From a candidate division FCPU426 bacterium (GTDB lineage Bacteria > Oederibacteriota > Muellerivitia > Muellerivitales > Muellerivitaceae), in assembly GCA_963847625.1 (NCBI GenBank), contig CAWKAR010000049.1, positions 1-64,000 of the forward strand: a stretch of 64,000 bases of DNA. Reading direction: 5' to 3'. Positions 1-10,143 of this stretch are shown in pieces. Under the pieces are notes generated by a model. It was given only the letters and a program-made list of their open reading frames with translations, was not told the DNA's origin and made no database searches. The position numbers and the translations under genes are program-made. How positions within the stretch are numbered: the stretch's first letter is position 1; the number at the start of each line of letters is the position of its first letter.

Positions 1-1016
1 ACAAAATCCATGTCGGTCTTGATGTGATAGTAAAACCCGACCGTATAGGCGAAGGTATCCTTGATTTGTGCCTTTTCGCCGGCTTCAGTGGGTTTCAGGC
101 CCCGGCCCTGAATAATGGCCATGATGACCGGAACCCCGTGAGAAGCAAAAAGAAACCAAGTCATTCCCCGGACACCCAACCAGGCCAGGACCGCGATGCC
201 CAGGGTGCCTCCGATCCCCAAGTCGAAGTCCTTGGTGGCGTGCTGGGCGAACCAAGGAACAAGGGAATCCACTAATTCCCGGTAAAGGAACATCACTTCC
301 ACCAGGACCGCAACGAGTTCAACAGCCGTGATTTTCACGATCGATGGCACGCTTCGGCTTTTCAAGGCGTCGGCAAAATTGGAAAGCACCGCGTAGCTCC
401 CTAAAATCAGGAAAAGAAGGAACAAGAACAGGGGAATGCGGATTAAGGTTTCAGTCAATTCCCCTCCCGTCAAGTTGGCCAAAGTATCCATGACCAGGGG
501 TGTCATAACGTAGGTGAAGATGACCGCTTCCACCAGGCACCAAATGAGGGTAAAACAAACGGCGATCCAGGGAAGCCCCGGGGCCGCAATATTGAGGGCC
601 ACGGTCCTGATGATCCTGAAAGGCCCCAGAAGAATGTCTTGGATCAGAAGCCAGATTCCGGTCAGGATGACCCGCAGCAACGTGAAAAGGGTGTTGACGA
701 GTACGATCAGGAACCTCAAAAATCCGCCCCAAAAAGCGAATATGGATTTGCCGAGATCCCACCAGGTCACCAAGAAGGCCTTGAAAAATTCCACTCTCCT
801 CTGCCGCACGATCACTGAAAGCAGGCAGAGTATGCTGGTCCATAGGCTGAGGATAATGGCTCCCACCGGAAGCAGCAAAAAAACCCGTTTGGCCGCCATC
901 AGCCACCCAAGATCGCCTGCCCCCCAGGCGAAAGCAATCATGGAATTTTCAAAAAAAGTCGGGAAAAAAAGAGCGGAAACGACAACTTGCGAGAAACCCG
1001 AGACTGGATCGGACAT
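1..1016 (-). CDS. Hypothetical multi-pass membrane protein, runs off the left edge (absent from the ORF track)
   Basis: ATG at 1016 preceded by AAAGGAGG. Manual translation MSDPVSGFSQVVVSALFF...EVMFLYRELVDSLVPWFAQH... is open to position 1 with many hydrophobic segments. Confidence 0.8.
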   Translation of the reverse strand, partial: MSDPVSGFSQVVVSALFFPTFFENSMIAFAWGAGDLGWLMAAKRVFLLLPVGAIILSLWTSILCLLSVIVRQRRVEFFKAFLVTWWDLGKSIFAFWGGFLRFLIVLVNTLFTLLRVILTGIWLLIQDILLGPFRIIRTVALNIAAPGLPWIAVCFTLIWCLVEAVIFTYVMTPLVMDTLANLTGGELTETLIRIPLFLFLLFLILGSYAVLSNFADALKSRSVPSIVKITAVELVAVLVEVMFLYRELVDSLVPWFAQHATKDFDLGIGGTLGIAVLAWLGVRGMTWFLFASHGVPVIMAIIQGRGLKPTEAGEKAQIKDTFAYTVGFYYHIKTDMDF

Positions 1017-1395
1017 GAAGTGCCTCCTTTTGGCGGACATCTTCCGAAGAGAACGAAACTTCAATAGAACCCTGACCAGACAATTTTATTATAGGCTTCT
1101 GCGCGAATGCCCTTCAAAGGGTTAAACCGATTTAAAGGGCATAGCTTTACCCTTATGTTTTAAAAGTGCTTTCTCCTTTGTTTCCGGCGTAAAACGGTTT
1201 TAGCCCAAAAAAAGAAAAATTCTTCCCGAAAGATGCCACTTTGGATTTCGAAAATCCGATGGAGGTATGAATTGATTTGGGGCGTTCTAAAACATTGTAA
1301 ATAGGGCAGAGCGCCGACGGGTCTTATCGTTGACACTTTAAAAACAACCTTAAGAAATTCTTTTTAATTCCCCGCCATGTGGAAATACTTTGTTT

Positions 1396-1863
1396 TCACT
1401 CAAATCCGTAAAAAGAGTAAGGAAGCTGCTTGGAATCTTGGATGGTGCTGTTGACGTAAACCTCTCCCATAGTGCTGTCATAAAGCCACCCCACACCGCT
1501 CCCAGCAGGAACGGAAGACGTGGTGGTCATGCTTACAATAATTCCAGCCGGGCTGACGGATCCGGGCACAAAAGCACCCGTCACCTTGACGGGATTGACG
1601 CTGTCTAAGTATTGGCTGAAACTGCAATTGGGGAAGGAACTCAATGTCGTGGGCCAAACCCCGTGTTGGTCGCCGTAATAGATAACGATGGCGGATTTCA
1701 AGCCCGTTAAACTTCCTTTTGTTTGCCCTTCCCTAGATTTTTCCAGCATCTGGCCGAAACGAGGAATGGCTATAGCGGCAAGAATTCCAATAGTGGCAAC
1801 CACGATCATAAGTTCCACTAAGGTAAACCCACGAAGATTCCTTCGGAGCCGCCCCATACCCAC
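1396..1863 (-). CDS. Type IV pilin / GspG-like pseudopilin
   Basis: Class III signal RG|FTLVELMIVVATIGILAAIAIP with E5; 155 aa. Confidence 0.9.
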   Translation of the reverse strand: MGMGRLRRNLRGFTLVELMIVVATIGILAAIAIPRFGQMLEKSREGQTKGSLTGLKSAIVIYYGDQHGVWPTTLSSFPNCSFSQYLDSVNPVKVTGAFVPGSVSPAGIIVSMTTTSSVPAGSGVGWLYDSTMGEVYVNSTIQDSKQLPYSFYGFE

Positions 1864-2096
1864 CCCCGATTGTTTTTACATCAAGCGACTTCCCTTTCGG
1901 AGAAATCGTAACCCATGTCTATTTTAACGCATTTTCACGATTAAATTCCCGGAAAAAGAAAAAATGCGATCAAAGGTTTTAAGACTTTTAAAGGTTAAAA
2001 AAGTAGATCTTTTCCTTCGGATAACATCCTGCGGAAAATCTTATTGCACTCCTAAACGTAAAGAAATTCGGATAGTTAGAAAACCTAAGGATTGGG

Positions 2097-3527
2097 TCAA
2101 AAAGGGAATTTCAAGAAACCCACCACAAGGATGGCCAAAGCGCAAAGAAAAAAAGTCATTTGAAGACCGATGGAAGGAATCCCTATTTCTTCTTGGAATT
2201 CCCCGGACGGCTTCATATAAAAATGGGCCACGACCCGGAGATAATAATACGCGGAAACAAAACTGTTCAAGACCGCAATGAGGGTCAGCCCCACCAAACC
2301 ATGATCCACGGACAGCTTGAATAGGTAATACTTTCCGAAAAAGCCAGCTGTCGGGGTCATGCCCGCCAGTGAAAAAAGAAAAAAAGACATCCATAACGCC
2401 CTCCAGGGGTGGCGCGATCCGAATCCGCGAAAATCTCCGATCTTCAATTGGGATTCCCCCTTCCCCCCCTCCGAAGCCAGCCAGCCAAAGGCCCCCGCGG
2501 ACATGAGCGTATAGGCTAAAAGGTAAAAAGCGACGGCCCTTTCAGTCTGGTCAGAAGGCGCATAGGACGCGACGGAAAGACCCACTAGGAGATAACCCGC
2601 ATGGGCCACGCTGGAATAGGAAAGCATACGTTTGACACTGGTTTGCAGAAGGGCTCCCAGGTTGCCCACAGTCATGCTTAGGACCGCCATGATGATCAAG
2701 GCGTTCGCCCAGGACCCAGGAAAACTAAACGGTTCGGCGAACAGCCGGGCAAAAGCCCCGAAAGCGGCGGCTTTCACGCCGGAGGCAAGTAAGGAAGTTA
2801 CCGGAGCCGGCGCCCCATCGTAAACATCCGGTGCCCAGTTGTGGAATGGGACGGAAGCGGTCTTATAACCAAAACCCACTAATACCAACGCCACTCCCAA
2901 TTTCACGAAGAGCGATCCGGAATGGCCTTGTTCCAAGAATTGTCGGATGTCTTGGAATTGTATGGAACCTGTCGCCCCGTACAAATAAGCCACACCATAT
3001 AGGAAAAAAGCTGAGGCAAACACGCCAGTTAGGAAATATTTTAGGGAAGCCTCCAAGGATTTTTCTTGGACCCGCAAGTACCCCGACAGCACGTAAGAAG
3101 AAAGGGACATGAGCTCCAAACCCACAAAAAGGGTCAGGAATTCCGAGGCCATCACCAGGATCATCATGCCGGAAACCGTCAGCAGCAAAAGGGCGTAATA
3201 TTCCCCCGTGACCGCCCTTTCCCTGCGCAAATAAGAAACGGAGAAAACACAGGCCAATAATCCCGAAACCAGGCAAATACCCTGGAGGGTCAGCGAGTAA
3301 AGATCGATGACCACCGCGCCATGGAACAGCGGACCCAGCATGGGACGGTTCGACAACAGCCAGAAAACCGAACCCAACGCCAACAGGAGAATGGTGTTGG
3401 CCAGGATCGGCGCGATTTTGCGGCCTCCTTCCTTAAACAGGACTTCCAAAAGAAGAAGCAGAAGCGACCCGGTCACGATCAGCCAAAACGGGAAAAGCCC
3501 CCAAAATTGCGGATAAGCGCTCATCAT
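2097..3527 (-). CDS. nuoN: NADH-quinone oxidoreductase subunit N
   Basis: EASLKYFLTG, GYKTASVPFHNWAPDVYDGAP, KRMLSYSSVAHAGY; last gene of the operon. Confidence 0.95.
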   Translation of the reverse strand: MMSAYPQFWGLFPFWLIVTGSLLLLLLEVLFKEGGRKIAPILANTILLLALGSVFWLLSNRPMLGPLFHGAVVIDLYSLTLQGICLVSGLLACVFSVSYLRRERAVTGEYYALLLLTVSGMMILVMASEFLTLFVGLELMSLSSYVLSGYLRVQEKSLEASLKYFLTGVFASAFFLYGVAYLYGATGSIQFQDIRQFLEQGHSGSLFVKLGVALVLVGFGYKTASVPFHNWAPDVYDGAPAPVTSLLASGVKAAAFGAFARLFAEPFSFPGSWANALIIMAVLSMTVGNLGALLQTSVKRMLSYSSVAHAGYLLVGLSVASYAPSDQTERAVAFYLLAYTLMSAGAFGWLASEGGKGESQLKIGDFRGFGSRHPWRALWMSFFLFSLAGMTPTAGFFGKYYLFKLSVDHGLVGLTLIAVLNSFVSAYYYLRVVAHFYMKPSGEFQEEIGIPSIGLQMTFFLCALAILVVGFLKFPF

Positions 3528-5047
3528 CGGTTTAATCTCTTTTCTTTGTCCACTTCTTCCTGAATGCGGCGTTGCTGTGCGGCAAATTCGGTCATGGTCG
3601 GCGGGGGCTTTAATTTCAAGATGACCTTCATTTGGACGGATTTCTCAATCGGCCGAATGAAGAAATTCGGGAAAAGTCCCATCCAAAGCGTCAATAGGAA
3701 CAGCGGCAATAGGGTCATGCCCTCCCGGAGGGATAAGTCCGGCGGACTCTTAAGATCGTGGGACGGGCCGAAAAAAAGCTTTTCATAAAGATTAAACATG
3801 TACCATCCCGCCAAGATGAAACCCACAAGGGCTAATAAAGCGAGGATGTGGGAGTTTTGGTAAGCCGAAACCAGCGTTAAAATCTCACCCACAAAACCCC
3901 CCAAGCCCGGCATACCCAAGGCGGCCAGCATGATCCAAAGGAAACCCGTGGCCAAAAGGGGCGTGGTTTTAGCCAGACCCCCGTATTTCGACATCTCATG
4001 GGACTTCCCGCGTTCATAAATCATGCCGATTAAAAGGAATAATCCCGCCATATAAACGCCATGGGCCAGCATCAAGTAAAGGCTTCCCTGCAAGCTGGAC
4101 TCCGTGAGCGCGAAAATTCCCAGGACGATCAATCCCATGTGAGAAAGGGAGGCATAAGCGGTCATTCGCTTGAAATCCGTTTGGATGGAGGCCATAAGGG
4201 CCCCGTGGATGATTCCGGCCACCGCCAGCACCATCAGCCATGGCGCGAAACTTTTTGCGGCGACCGGAAAAAGGGGGATGCAAAAGCGGATGATTCCGTA
4301 GGCTCCCAACTTCACCAGGACCGCCGAAAGGAGGACCGTGCCGCCGGCCGGAGCTTCGGTATAGGCGTCCGGCAGCCAAGCGTGAAATGGAACCAGGGGA
4401 ATTTTGATCAAGAACGCCATGCCGAAAGCCAGAAAACACCAGAATTGCACATCCTCGGGAAACCAATGCTCAAAGATCCTGTCGTAGTCGAAACTTTTGG
4501 CTTCATGGGTCACATAAAGGAGGCCCACCAGCATCAACACCGAGCCCAACATCGTGAAAAGGACGAATTTGGTCGTCGCTTTGACCCGGTTCTCGCCGCC
4601 CCAAATACCGATCAGGAAAAAAGCCGGGATCAGCATGAGTTCCCAAAACAGGTAGAAAAGGAATAAATCGGTGGCCGTCAAGGTTCCGATTACCGAGGCT
4701 TCCATTAGGAGCACGCAAGAGCAAAACCCACGGACGTTTTTTTGGATGGTGTTGAAACTTCCCAATAAAACCAAGGGAGTCAATAAAGAAGTCAGAAGGA
4801 CGAGCCAAAGGGAAATTCCGTCAATTCCAAGGCCGTAGTGGATGCCGAAAGACGGAAGAAGATCGTATTTTTCTCGGAATTGGAAGCCCCCGTCGTCCGG
4901 ATCGAACCGCGTAACCAGGGACAAGGAGATTAAAAAAACCGCCAGCGAAGCAATGAAAGAAAATTTCTTGACTCCCCGCTCGGGCGGGATCAAGGCCGTC
5001 ACCAGCGAGGCAGCGATCGGCAATCCGATTAAAAGGGAAAGAATCAA
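3524..5047 (-). CDS. nuoM: NADH-quinone oxidoreductase subunit M
   Basis: GIDGISL, LFYLFWELMLIP, IKIPLVPFHAWLPDAY, KLGAYG. Confidence 0.95.
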   Translation of the reverse strand: MILSLLIGLPIAASLVTALIPPERGVKKFSFIASLAVFLISLSLVTRFDPDDGGFQFREKYDLLPSFGIHYGLGIDGISLWLVLLTSLLTPLVLLGSFNTIQKNVRGFCSCVLLMEASVIGTLTATDLFLFYLFWELMLIPAFFLIGIWGGENRVKATTKFVLFTMLGSVLMLVGLLYVTHEAKSFDYDRIFEHWFPEDVQFWCFLAFGMAFLIKIPLVPFHAWLPDAYTEAPAGGTVLLSAVLVKLGAYGIIRFCIPLFPVAAKSFAPWLMVLAVAGIIHGALMASIQTDFKRMTAYASLSHMGLIVLGIFALTESSLQGSLYLMLAHGVYMAGLFLLIGMIYERGKSHEMSKYGGLAKTTPLLATGFLWIMLAALGMPGLGGFVGEILTLVSAYQNSHILALLALVGFILAGWYMFNLYEKLFFGPSHDLKSPPDLSLREGMTLLPLFLLTLWMGLFPNFFIRPIEKSVQMKVILKLKPPPTMTEFAAQQRRIQEEVDKEKRLNR

Positions 5048-5109
5048 GGTAAACCTCTTTTTTTTCGAAAAGACTACAAAGCAGTTCGACTATGAAAAAT
5101 GAAGCGTCT

Positions 5110-5243
5110 CCCCGGGCTAAAGCCCGGGGCTTCGGGCAGCGGCGGCCTCTAAAAACCAGAATCTGCCAAAGTTCCTTGCCTGCGGGCCAACAAAACCAGT
5201 TGGCCCTCCGGGCTGCCATTCGCCCCCAGGCTGAAGTCTGGGG
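5110..5243. mobile_element. Small non-autonomous element with two terminal hairpins (IS200/IS605-end or REP-like) in the nuoL-nuoM spacer
   Basis: Hairpins CCCCGGGC-TAAA-GCCCGGGG (5110-5129) and CCCCAGGC-TGAA-GTCTGGGG (5224-5243) bound a ~134-bp non-coding insert. Confidence 0.5.
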
Positions 5244-5296
5244 TTAACTGGCAGTTTTTATTTAATATTCCGCGGCTACACTGCCAACCCTTCGGG

Positions 5297-7279
5297 TCAA
5301 TGCAACATTATGTAAATCAGTAAAGCTGCGCCAGTGGCGATGTAAAGCAGGTAGACCCGAATCAGGCCTACCTGGAACCTTTGAAGTAATCTTGCCAAGG
5401 CGCATAATCCTTGGACGGCGGAATCGATCAATTGATTGATCATGAGCTGTTCGACAAGTTTATTTGAAACCACGTTCGCGAAACTTTTAACCCATTTAAT
5501 GACGGTCGTTTCGTAAATTTCATCCACGTAGTATTTCTGTTCGACGGCCTTCTTCCCCCCGGGAATCAATTTGAGGACCTTCGTGCTGACGGTATGTTTC
5601 AAACCGTAAACATACCAGGCCGCCCCGGCCCCCAAACCCGCCACCAGGAAAGACAGGAGCATCAACAAGGGTTCCACCTTGGGGGAAATAGCGCTGGGTT
5701 CAAGGGAGGAAAGGCGAAAAAGGGGCTCAAGGAATTTCCCGAAGGGGTTTCCACCTCCAATCCCCTCGGGCACTCCGATCCATCCCACGAAGATGGACCC
5801 CAAGGCCAGCACGAGCAGCGGAAGGACCATGATCCGGGGGGATTCGTGCAATTGTTCGAATACCTCGGGGCTTCCCCGGTATTCCCCCAAGAAAACCATG
5901 ACCACAAGCCGGGTCAGGTAGAGGGCTGTTAAAAAAGCCGTGGTTAACGCCGCGAAATAGAGTATTTCCGGAAGCGCGGGTATCACTGAATTCGGGGTTG
6001 CGAGAGTCTTCCAGAGGATTTCGTCCTTGCTGAAGAAAGACCCGCAAAAAGGCAGGATACCCGTCAGGGCAAGCCATCCCACAAGGAAAGACGAACTGGT
6101 CAAGGGCACATGCTTCAAAAGACCGCCCATTTTCCGGATATCCTGTTCACCCTTAAGGACATGGATGACGGAACCAGCTCCCAGGAAAAGGCAGGCTTTG
6201 CAAAAGCCATGGGTAATGAGGTGGAATAAGCCGGCTGAATAGGCCCCGACGCCCGCCCCTAGGAACATGAAACCCAGCTGGGAAATGGTGGAATAGGCCA
6301 ATATTTTCTTGATGTCATTCTGGCCCAAGGCGATGGTGGCGGCCAGGAGCGCCGTCATAATTCCGATGGTTGCCACAACCATGGAGGCCCAGGGGGCCAG
6401 CACGTAAAGGAAGTGGAGCCGGGCGACCAGGTAAACGCCGGCGGTCACCATGGTGGCGGCGTGGATCAGGGCCGAGACCGGCGTGGGTCCCGCCATGGCG
6501 TCGGGCAACCAGACGTAAAGGGGGATCTGGGCGGACTTGCCGGCGGCGCCGAAGAAAAAACAAAGGCAGGCTAGCGTGGCCATCGTTTCGTTGAAGGCCA
6601 TTTTATGGGTTTGAAGATCGTTAAAATCGAACGTTCCGGTCAATCCATAGACTATTAAAATTCCAGCCAGGAAACCCGCGTCCCCGATGCGGTTGAGAAT
6701 GATGGCTTTTTTTCCCGCGTTGGCCTTGGCCATGTCTTCAAACCAGAAACTGATGAGGATATAAGAGCAAAAGCCGACTCCTTCCCACCCCAGGTAAAGA
6801 ACCAGCAAGTTTTCGGCCATGACCAGGACCAGCATGGAAAAAAGGAAAAGGTTGAGGAAGGTGAAAAACCGGCCGAAACCTTGGTCCCCTTTCATGTATC
6901 CCACCGAATAAAGATGAATGAGGCTGGAAACGAATGTGACAAAAACAACCATGACCATGGAGAGAGAGTCGAGTTGGAAATTCACCCGGACGTGAAAAGC
7001 CCCGGCCTCGATCCAATCGAACAAATCCTGGGTGAAACAAATGTTCTCATGGAGGTTTTTAAATTGAAGATAGATGAGAAAAGCGGCGAAAAAGGAAAAG
7101 AGGGAGGCACCGCACGCGACGAAAGAATAAAATCTCTCGGAATATGCCGTTTTACTCCTGGCGAAGAGCAGTGTGAATAGGCCGTTCAGCACGGCACCCA
7201 AAAGAGGGGCCGCCGGAATGACCCAGAGCCAGCCGTTGGGAATCAGGGCATTATTTTGGATATGTTCAAATCCGAGCAT
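5297..7279 (-). CDS. nuoL: NADH-quinone oxidoreductase subunit L
   Basis: GWEGVG, NRIGDAG, GKSAQIPLYVWLPDAMAGPTPVSALIHAATMV, KKILAYSTISQLG. Confidence 0.97.
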   Translation of the reverse strand: MLGFEHIQNNALIPNGWLWVIPAAPLLGAVLNGLFTLLFARSKTAYSERFYSFVACGASLFSFFAAFLIYLQFKNLHENICFTQDLFDWIEAGAFHVRVNFQLDSLSMVMVVFVTFVSSLIHLYSVGYMKGDQGFGRFFTFLNLFLFSMLVLVMAENLLVLYLGWEGVGFCSYILISFWFEDMAKANAGKKAIILNRIGDAGFLAGILIVYGLTGTFDFNDLQTHKMAFNETMATLACLCFFFGAAGKSAQIPLYVWLPDAMAGPTPVSALIHAATMVTAGVYLVARLHFLYVLAPWASMVVATIGIMTALLAATIALGQNDIKKILAYSTISQLGFMFLGAGVGAYSAGLFHLITHGFCKACLFLGAGSVIHVLKGEQDIRKMGGLLKHVPLTSSSFLVGWLALTGILPFCGSFFSKDEILWKTLATPNSVIPALPEILYFAALTTAFLTALYLTRLVVMVFLGEYRGSPEVFEQLHESPRIMVLPLLVLALGSIFVGWIGVPEGIGGGNPFGKFLEPLFRLSSLEPSAISPKVEPLLMLLSFLVAGLGAGAAWYVYGLKHTVSTKVLKLIPGGKKAVEQKYYVDEIYETTVIKWVKSFANVVSNKLVEQLMINQLIDSAVQGLCALARLLQRFQVGLIRVYLLYIATGAALLIYIMLH

Positions 7280-7315
7280 TTGTTCCCGCGCCTCAGTGTC
7301 TTGATAGTATCGTCT

Positions 7316-7633
7316 TCAACCTTTAAGGCTTCTAAACAAATCGATATCAACGGAGGTTTTCATGCGGTACAAGGCGAGAAGGAGGGCCAAACCCACGCAG
7401 GCCTCCGCCGCCGCGACCGCCACTACGAACAGGGCCAGCACTTGTCCCGTCATTTCCCCATTGATCCGCGAAAAAGTGACAAAAGAAAGATTTACCGCGT
7501 TCAACATGAGCTCCAGCGACATCAGGATGACGAATAGGTTCTTGCGGGAAAATACCCCCGCCATGCCCACGGTAAACAAGAGGGCCGAAAGAACAAGGTA
7601 ATGAGACGGTGTCACCGGAAACAACAAATCCAT
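7316..7633 (-). CDS. nuoK: NADH-quinone oxidoreductase subunit K
   Basis: LMSLELMLNAVNL, VAAAEACVGLA. Confidence 0.95.
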   Translation of the reverse strand: MDLLFPVTPSHYLVLSALLFTVGMAGVFSRKNLFVILMSLELMLNAVNLSFVTFSRINGEMTGQVLALFVVAVAAAEACVGLALLLALYRMKTSVDIDLFRSLKG

Positions 7634-7681
7634 AAGATCCCCAAATCCAACCGTATTCCCGGGTTCAAACCCGGGGTCCCT

Positions 7682-8182
7682 TCAAAGCCTTTTCTTTGCC
7701 AGGACCACCGCCCCGACGATGGCCGTTAAAAGAAGCAGGGACAGCATCTCAAAAGGAAACAAATAGACGGAAAAAATCTTTTCGCCCACGCTGAAAAGCC
7801 CCCCGAAATCCGGGGGGATGAGGGCGTTTTTCAAATCCCGGGAGGGAAAACCCATGGACAGGAGGGGGCTGAGAAACATACTCGCTGAGCCGAGAAACGC
7901 CAGCGCAACAATCGGAATTTTCGGTTTTAACCGCCGCAAATCATCCTCGTGAAGGTTCAACAGCATGATGACAAACAAGACCAGGACCATGATTCCACCG
8001 GCATAGACAAGCACCTGGACAACAGCAACAAACTCAGCTGAAAGCAGGACGTAAAGTCCGGCCAAGGCCGCGAAAGCGCCAACCATGGCCAGCGCCGAGG
8101 CGATGGGGTTGGTGCGGGTGATCACCAAAAGACCCAAGCCCAGCAAAACCAAGGCAAAAATGTAAAACACAACCGATTCCAT
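7682..8182 (-). CDS. nuoJ: NADH-quinone oxidoreductase subunit J
   Basis: AEFVAVVQVLVYAGGIMVLVLFVIMLL, YLFPFE. Confidence 0.95.
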   Translation of the reverse strand: MESVVFYIFALVLLGLGLLVITRTNPIASALAMVGAFAALAGLYVLLSAEFVAVVQVLVYAGGIMVLVLFVIMLLNLHEDDLRRLKPKIPIVALAFLGSASMFLSPLLSMGFPSRDLKNALIPPDFGGLFSVGEKIFSVYLFPFEMLSLLLLTAIVGAVVLAKKRL

Positions 8183-8228
8183 GAATGAAACCTCATAAAA
8201 AAAGTGTCCGGATCAGGCGCGCTTCACG

Positions 8229-8786
8229 TCAGGGTCTGGCATGGGAACCGTGAGTCCAAATCACGGGCCGGGGAGGATTATAACCGGCCACGAAGTCTTC
8301 GTTATCATGATCCATCAGGAATTTCTTGTCGTACACCAGGCTTTTACGGGTGTACCCGGCCAGGGTCACCTCCGGAACGTCCATTCGCAGGGCGTCCAAG
8401 GGACAGGCTTCCACGCAAAACCCGCAAAAAACACAGCGCAGCATGTCGATATTGAATTTTTCTGGGACCTTCTCGATGAAAGGGTCCTTGGACTCGGCAG
8501 CAAGGATATGAATGCACTCCGCCGGGCAGGCGGTGGCGCAAAGCATGCAGGCGGTACAGCGGGGCGTTCCGTCTTCGCGCTTCATCAAGCGGTGACGGCC
8601 CCGGGTGGCGGGGGGAAGCTCCTTTTTCTCCTCCGGGAAGAAAACCGTGGGGATACGTCTGGGCTCCAACAGGTTTTGGATCGTGTGACGCAGGGTCACG
8701 AAAAGGCCCCCCAGGACCTCGGCGACGTAAAGTTTTTGAAAGGCCCCCATTTGGGGCCGCTTCACGATCTTCAAATGATCCCCCAA
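8229..8786 (-). CDS. nuoI: NADH-quinone oxidoreductase subunit I
   Basis: Two 4Fe-4S motifs, CTACMLCATACP and CVFCGFCVEACP. Confidence 0.95.
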   Translation of the reverse strand: MGDHLKIVKRPQMGAFQKLYVAEVLGGLFVTLRHTIQNLLEPRRIPTVFFPEEKKELPPATRGRHRLMKREDGTPRCTACMLCATACPAECIHILAAESKDPFIEKVPEKFNIDMLRCVFCGFCVEACPLDALRMDVPEVTLAGYTRKSLVYDKKFLMDHDNEDFVAGYNPPRPVIWTHGSHARP

Positions 8787-8790
8787 ATTC

Positions 8791-10101
8791 CTAACTTTTT
8801 TGAATCAGCACTAAAAAGCCCGTCGCCAGCAGGTTCAGCAGGGCCACCGGCAGCATGATCCTCCAGCCCAATTTCATGAGCTGGTCGTAGCGGAACCGCG
8901 GCAGGGTCCACCTCACCCAAACGTATAGCCAACAGAAAAACAATACCTTCAGTAAAAGAGAGGCAAACTGCAAAAGGGACGTGATCAACGGGGCCGCCCA
9001 ACCGGGCAAGGGGCCCTGGAGGATGGCATAAACTAAGAGGCCCAAACCGGCGGCAGCCTTGGCAAAGCCCAACCCGGAAAGAAGATAGGGTTCCCAACGC
9101 TTTACACCTCGGTATTGGTCCTTCTGCCTTTGGCCCCTCCGAAAGACGATCACCCCGAATAATCCACCTCCCGCGAGAAGAATGAAACCAAGCAGGGCTA
9201 GTGCCAACCAGGGGTTCTCCCGGAGGGACTCGGTGGAGGCAAAGGGCACCTGATAACCGCCAAAGAAAAGCGTGGCGAGGATAAAGGATATCACCGTCAT
9301 ATTCACGTATTCCGCCATGAAAAACAGGGCGAATTTCACGCCGGAATATTCCACGTGGTATCCGGCCACGAGTTCGCTTTCCCCCTCGGCCAGGTCAAAA
9401 GGGTTCCGGTTGGTTTCGGCGAAACCGCAGACCAGGAATAAAAGAAACCCCACCGGCTGTAAAAAGATCCCCCAATTGGGAAGTGGAAAAGGGTGCCCGA
9501 AAAAGCTCAACAGTCCGTCCTGGGAATCCACAATCTTTTTCATTCCCACTTGATGGTAGGACATCAGCAGGCCCACCAGTGCCAAACCCATGGAAAGCTC
9601 GTAGGAGATCATTTGGGCCGAGGATCGAAGGCCGCCCAGCAAGGAGAACTTGTTGTTGGAAGACCATCCTGCCAGGATCACCCCGAAAATTCCGAGGCTA
9701 GTGACAGAGAAAATATAAAGCGCCCCCATGCCCAGGTTGGCCGCTTGGAAGCGCAGGGTATGGCCCCAGAGGGTCTCAGGGGCGGCCAGGGGAATGACGA
9801 GAAGCGGCAGCAAAGCGATGGTCATGGCCCAGCAGGGGGCCAGGTAGTAATAAAGACGGTTAACGCGGCTGGGCGTGACGCTTTCCTTCAATATCAACTT
9901 GAGCGTATCGGCGAAATTTTGGATAAAACCCAGCAAGCGCACACCGAAAATGCCGGTTCGATTGGGGCCGATTCGGTCCTGGATGATGGCGCTTCCCTTT
10001 CGTTCCAACCAAATGAAGAAAGGGATGAAGGAAAGCGGGATGATCCAAACGACCACCACCATGACCGTGATATTGATATAAGTGAAAAGTTGGTTATCCA
10101 A
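8791..10101 (-). CDS. nuoH: NADH-quinone oxidoreductase subunit H (long form)
   Basis: ERKGSAIIQDRIGPNR, AQMISYE, ETNRNPFDLAEGESELVAGY, RWTLPRFRYDQLM. Confidence 0.96.
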   Translation of the reverse strand: MDNQLFTYINITVMVVVVWIIPLSFIPFFIWLERKGSAIIQDRIGPNRTGIFGVRLLGFIQNFADTLKLILKESVTPSRVNRLYYYLAPCWAMTIALLPLLVIPLAAPETLWGHTLRFQAANLGMGALYIFSVTSLGIFGVILAGWSSNNKFSLLGGLRSSAQMISYELSMGLALVGLLMSYHQVGMKKIVDSQDGLLSFFGHPFPLPNWGIFLQPVGFLLFLVCGFAETNRNPFDLAEGESELVAGYHVEYSGVKFALFFMAEYVNMTVISFILATLFFGGYQVPFASTESLRENPWLALALLGFILLAGGGLFGVIVFRRGQRQKDQYRGVKRWEPYLLSGLGFAKAAAGLGLLVYAILQGPLPGWAAPLITSLLQFASLLLKVLFFCWLYVWVRWTLPRFRYDQLMKLGWRIMLPVALLNLLATGFLVLIQKS

Positions 10102-10143
10102 GAAACGCTCCTGAAGGCTGACTCATCAAAATTACTATTAAGT

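Noticed and set aside
514..1125. Plus-strand 203-aa ORF
   Set aside because: Antisense shadow of the minus-strand membrane protein gene, which has a clear RBS.
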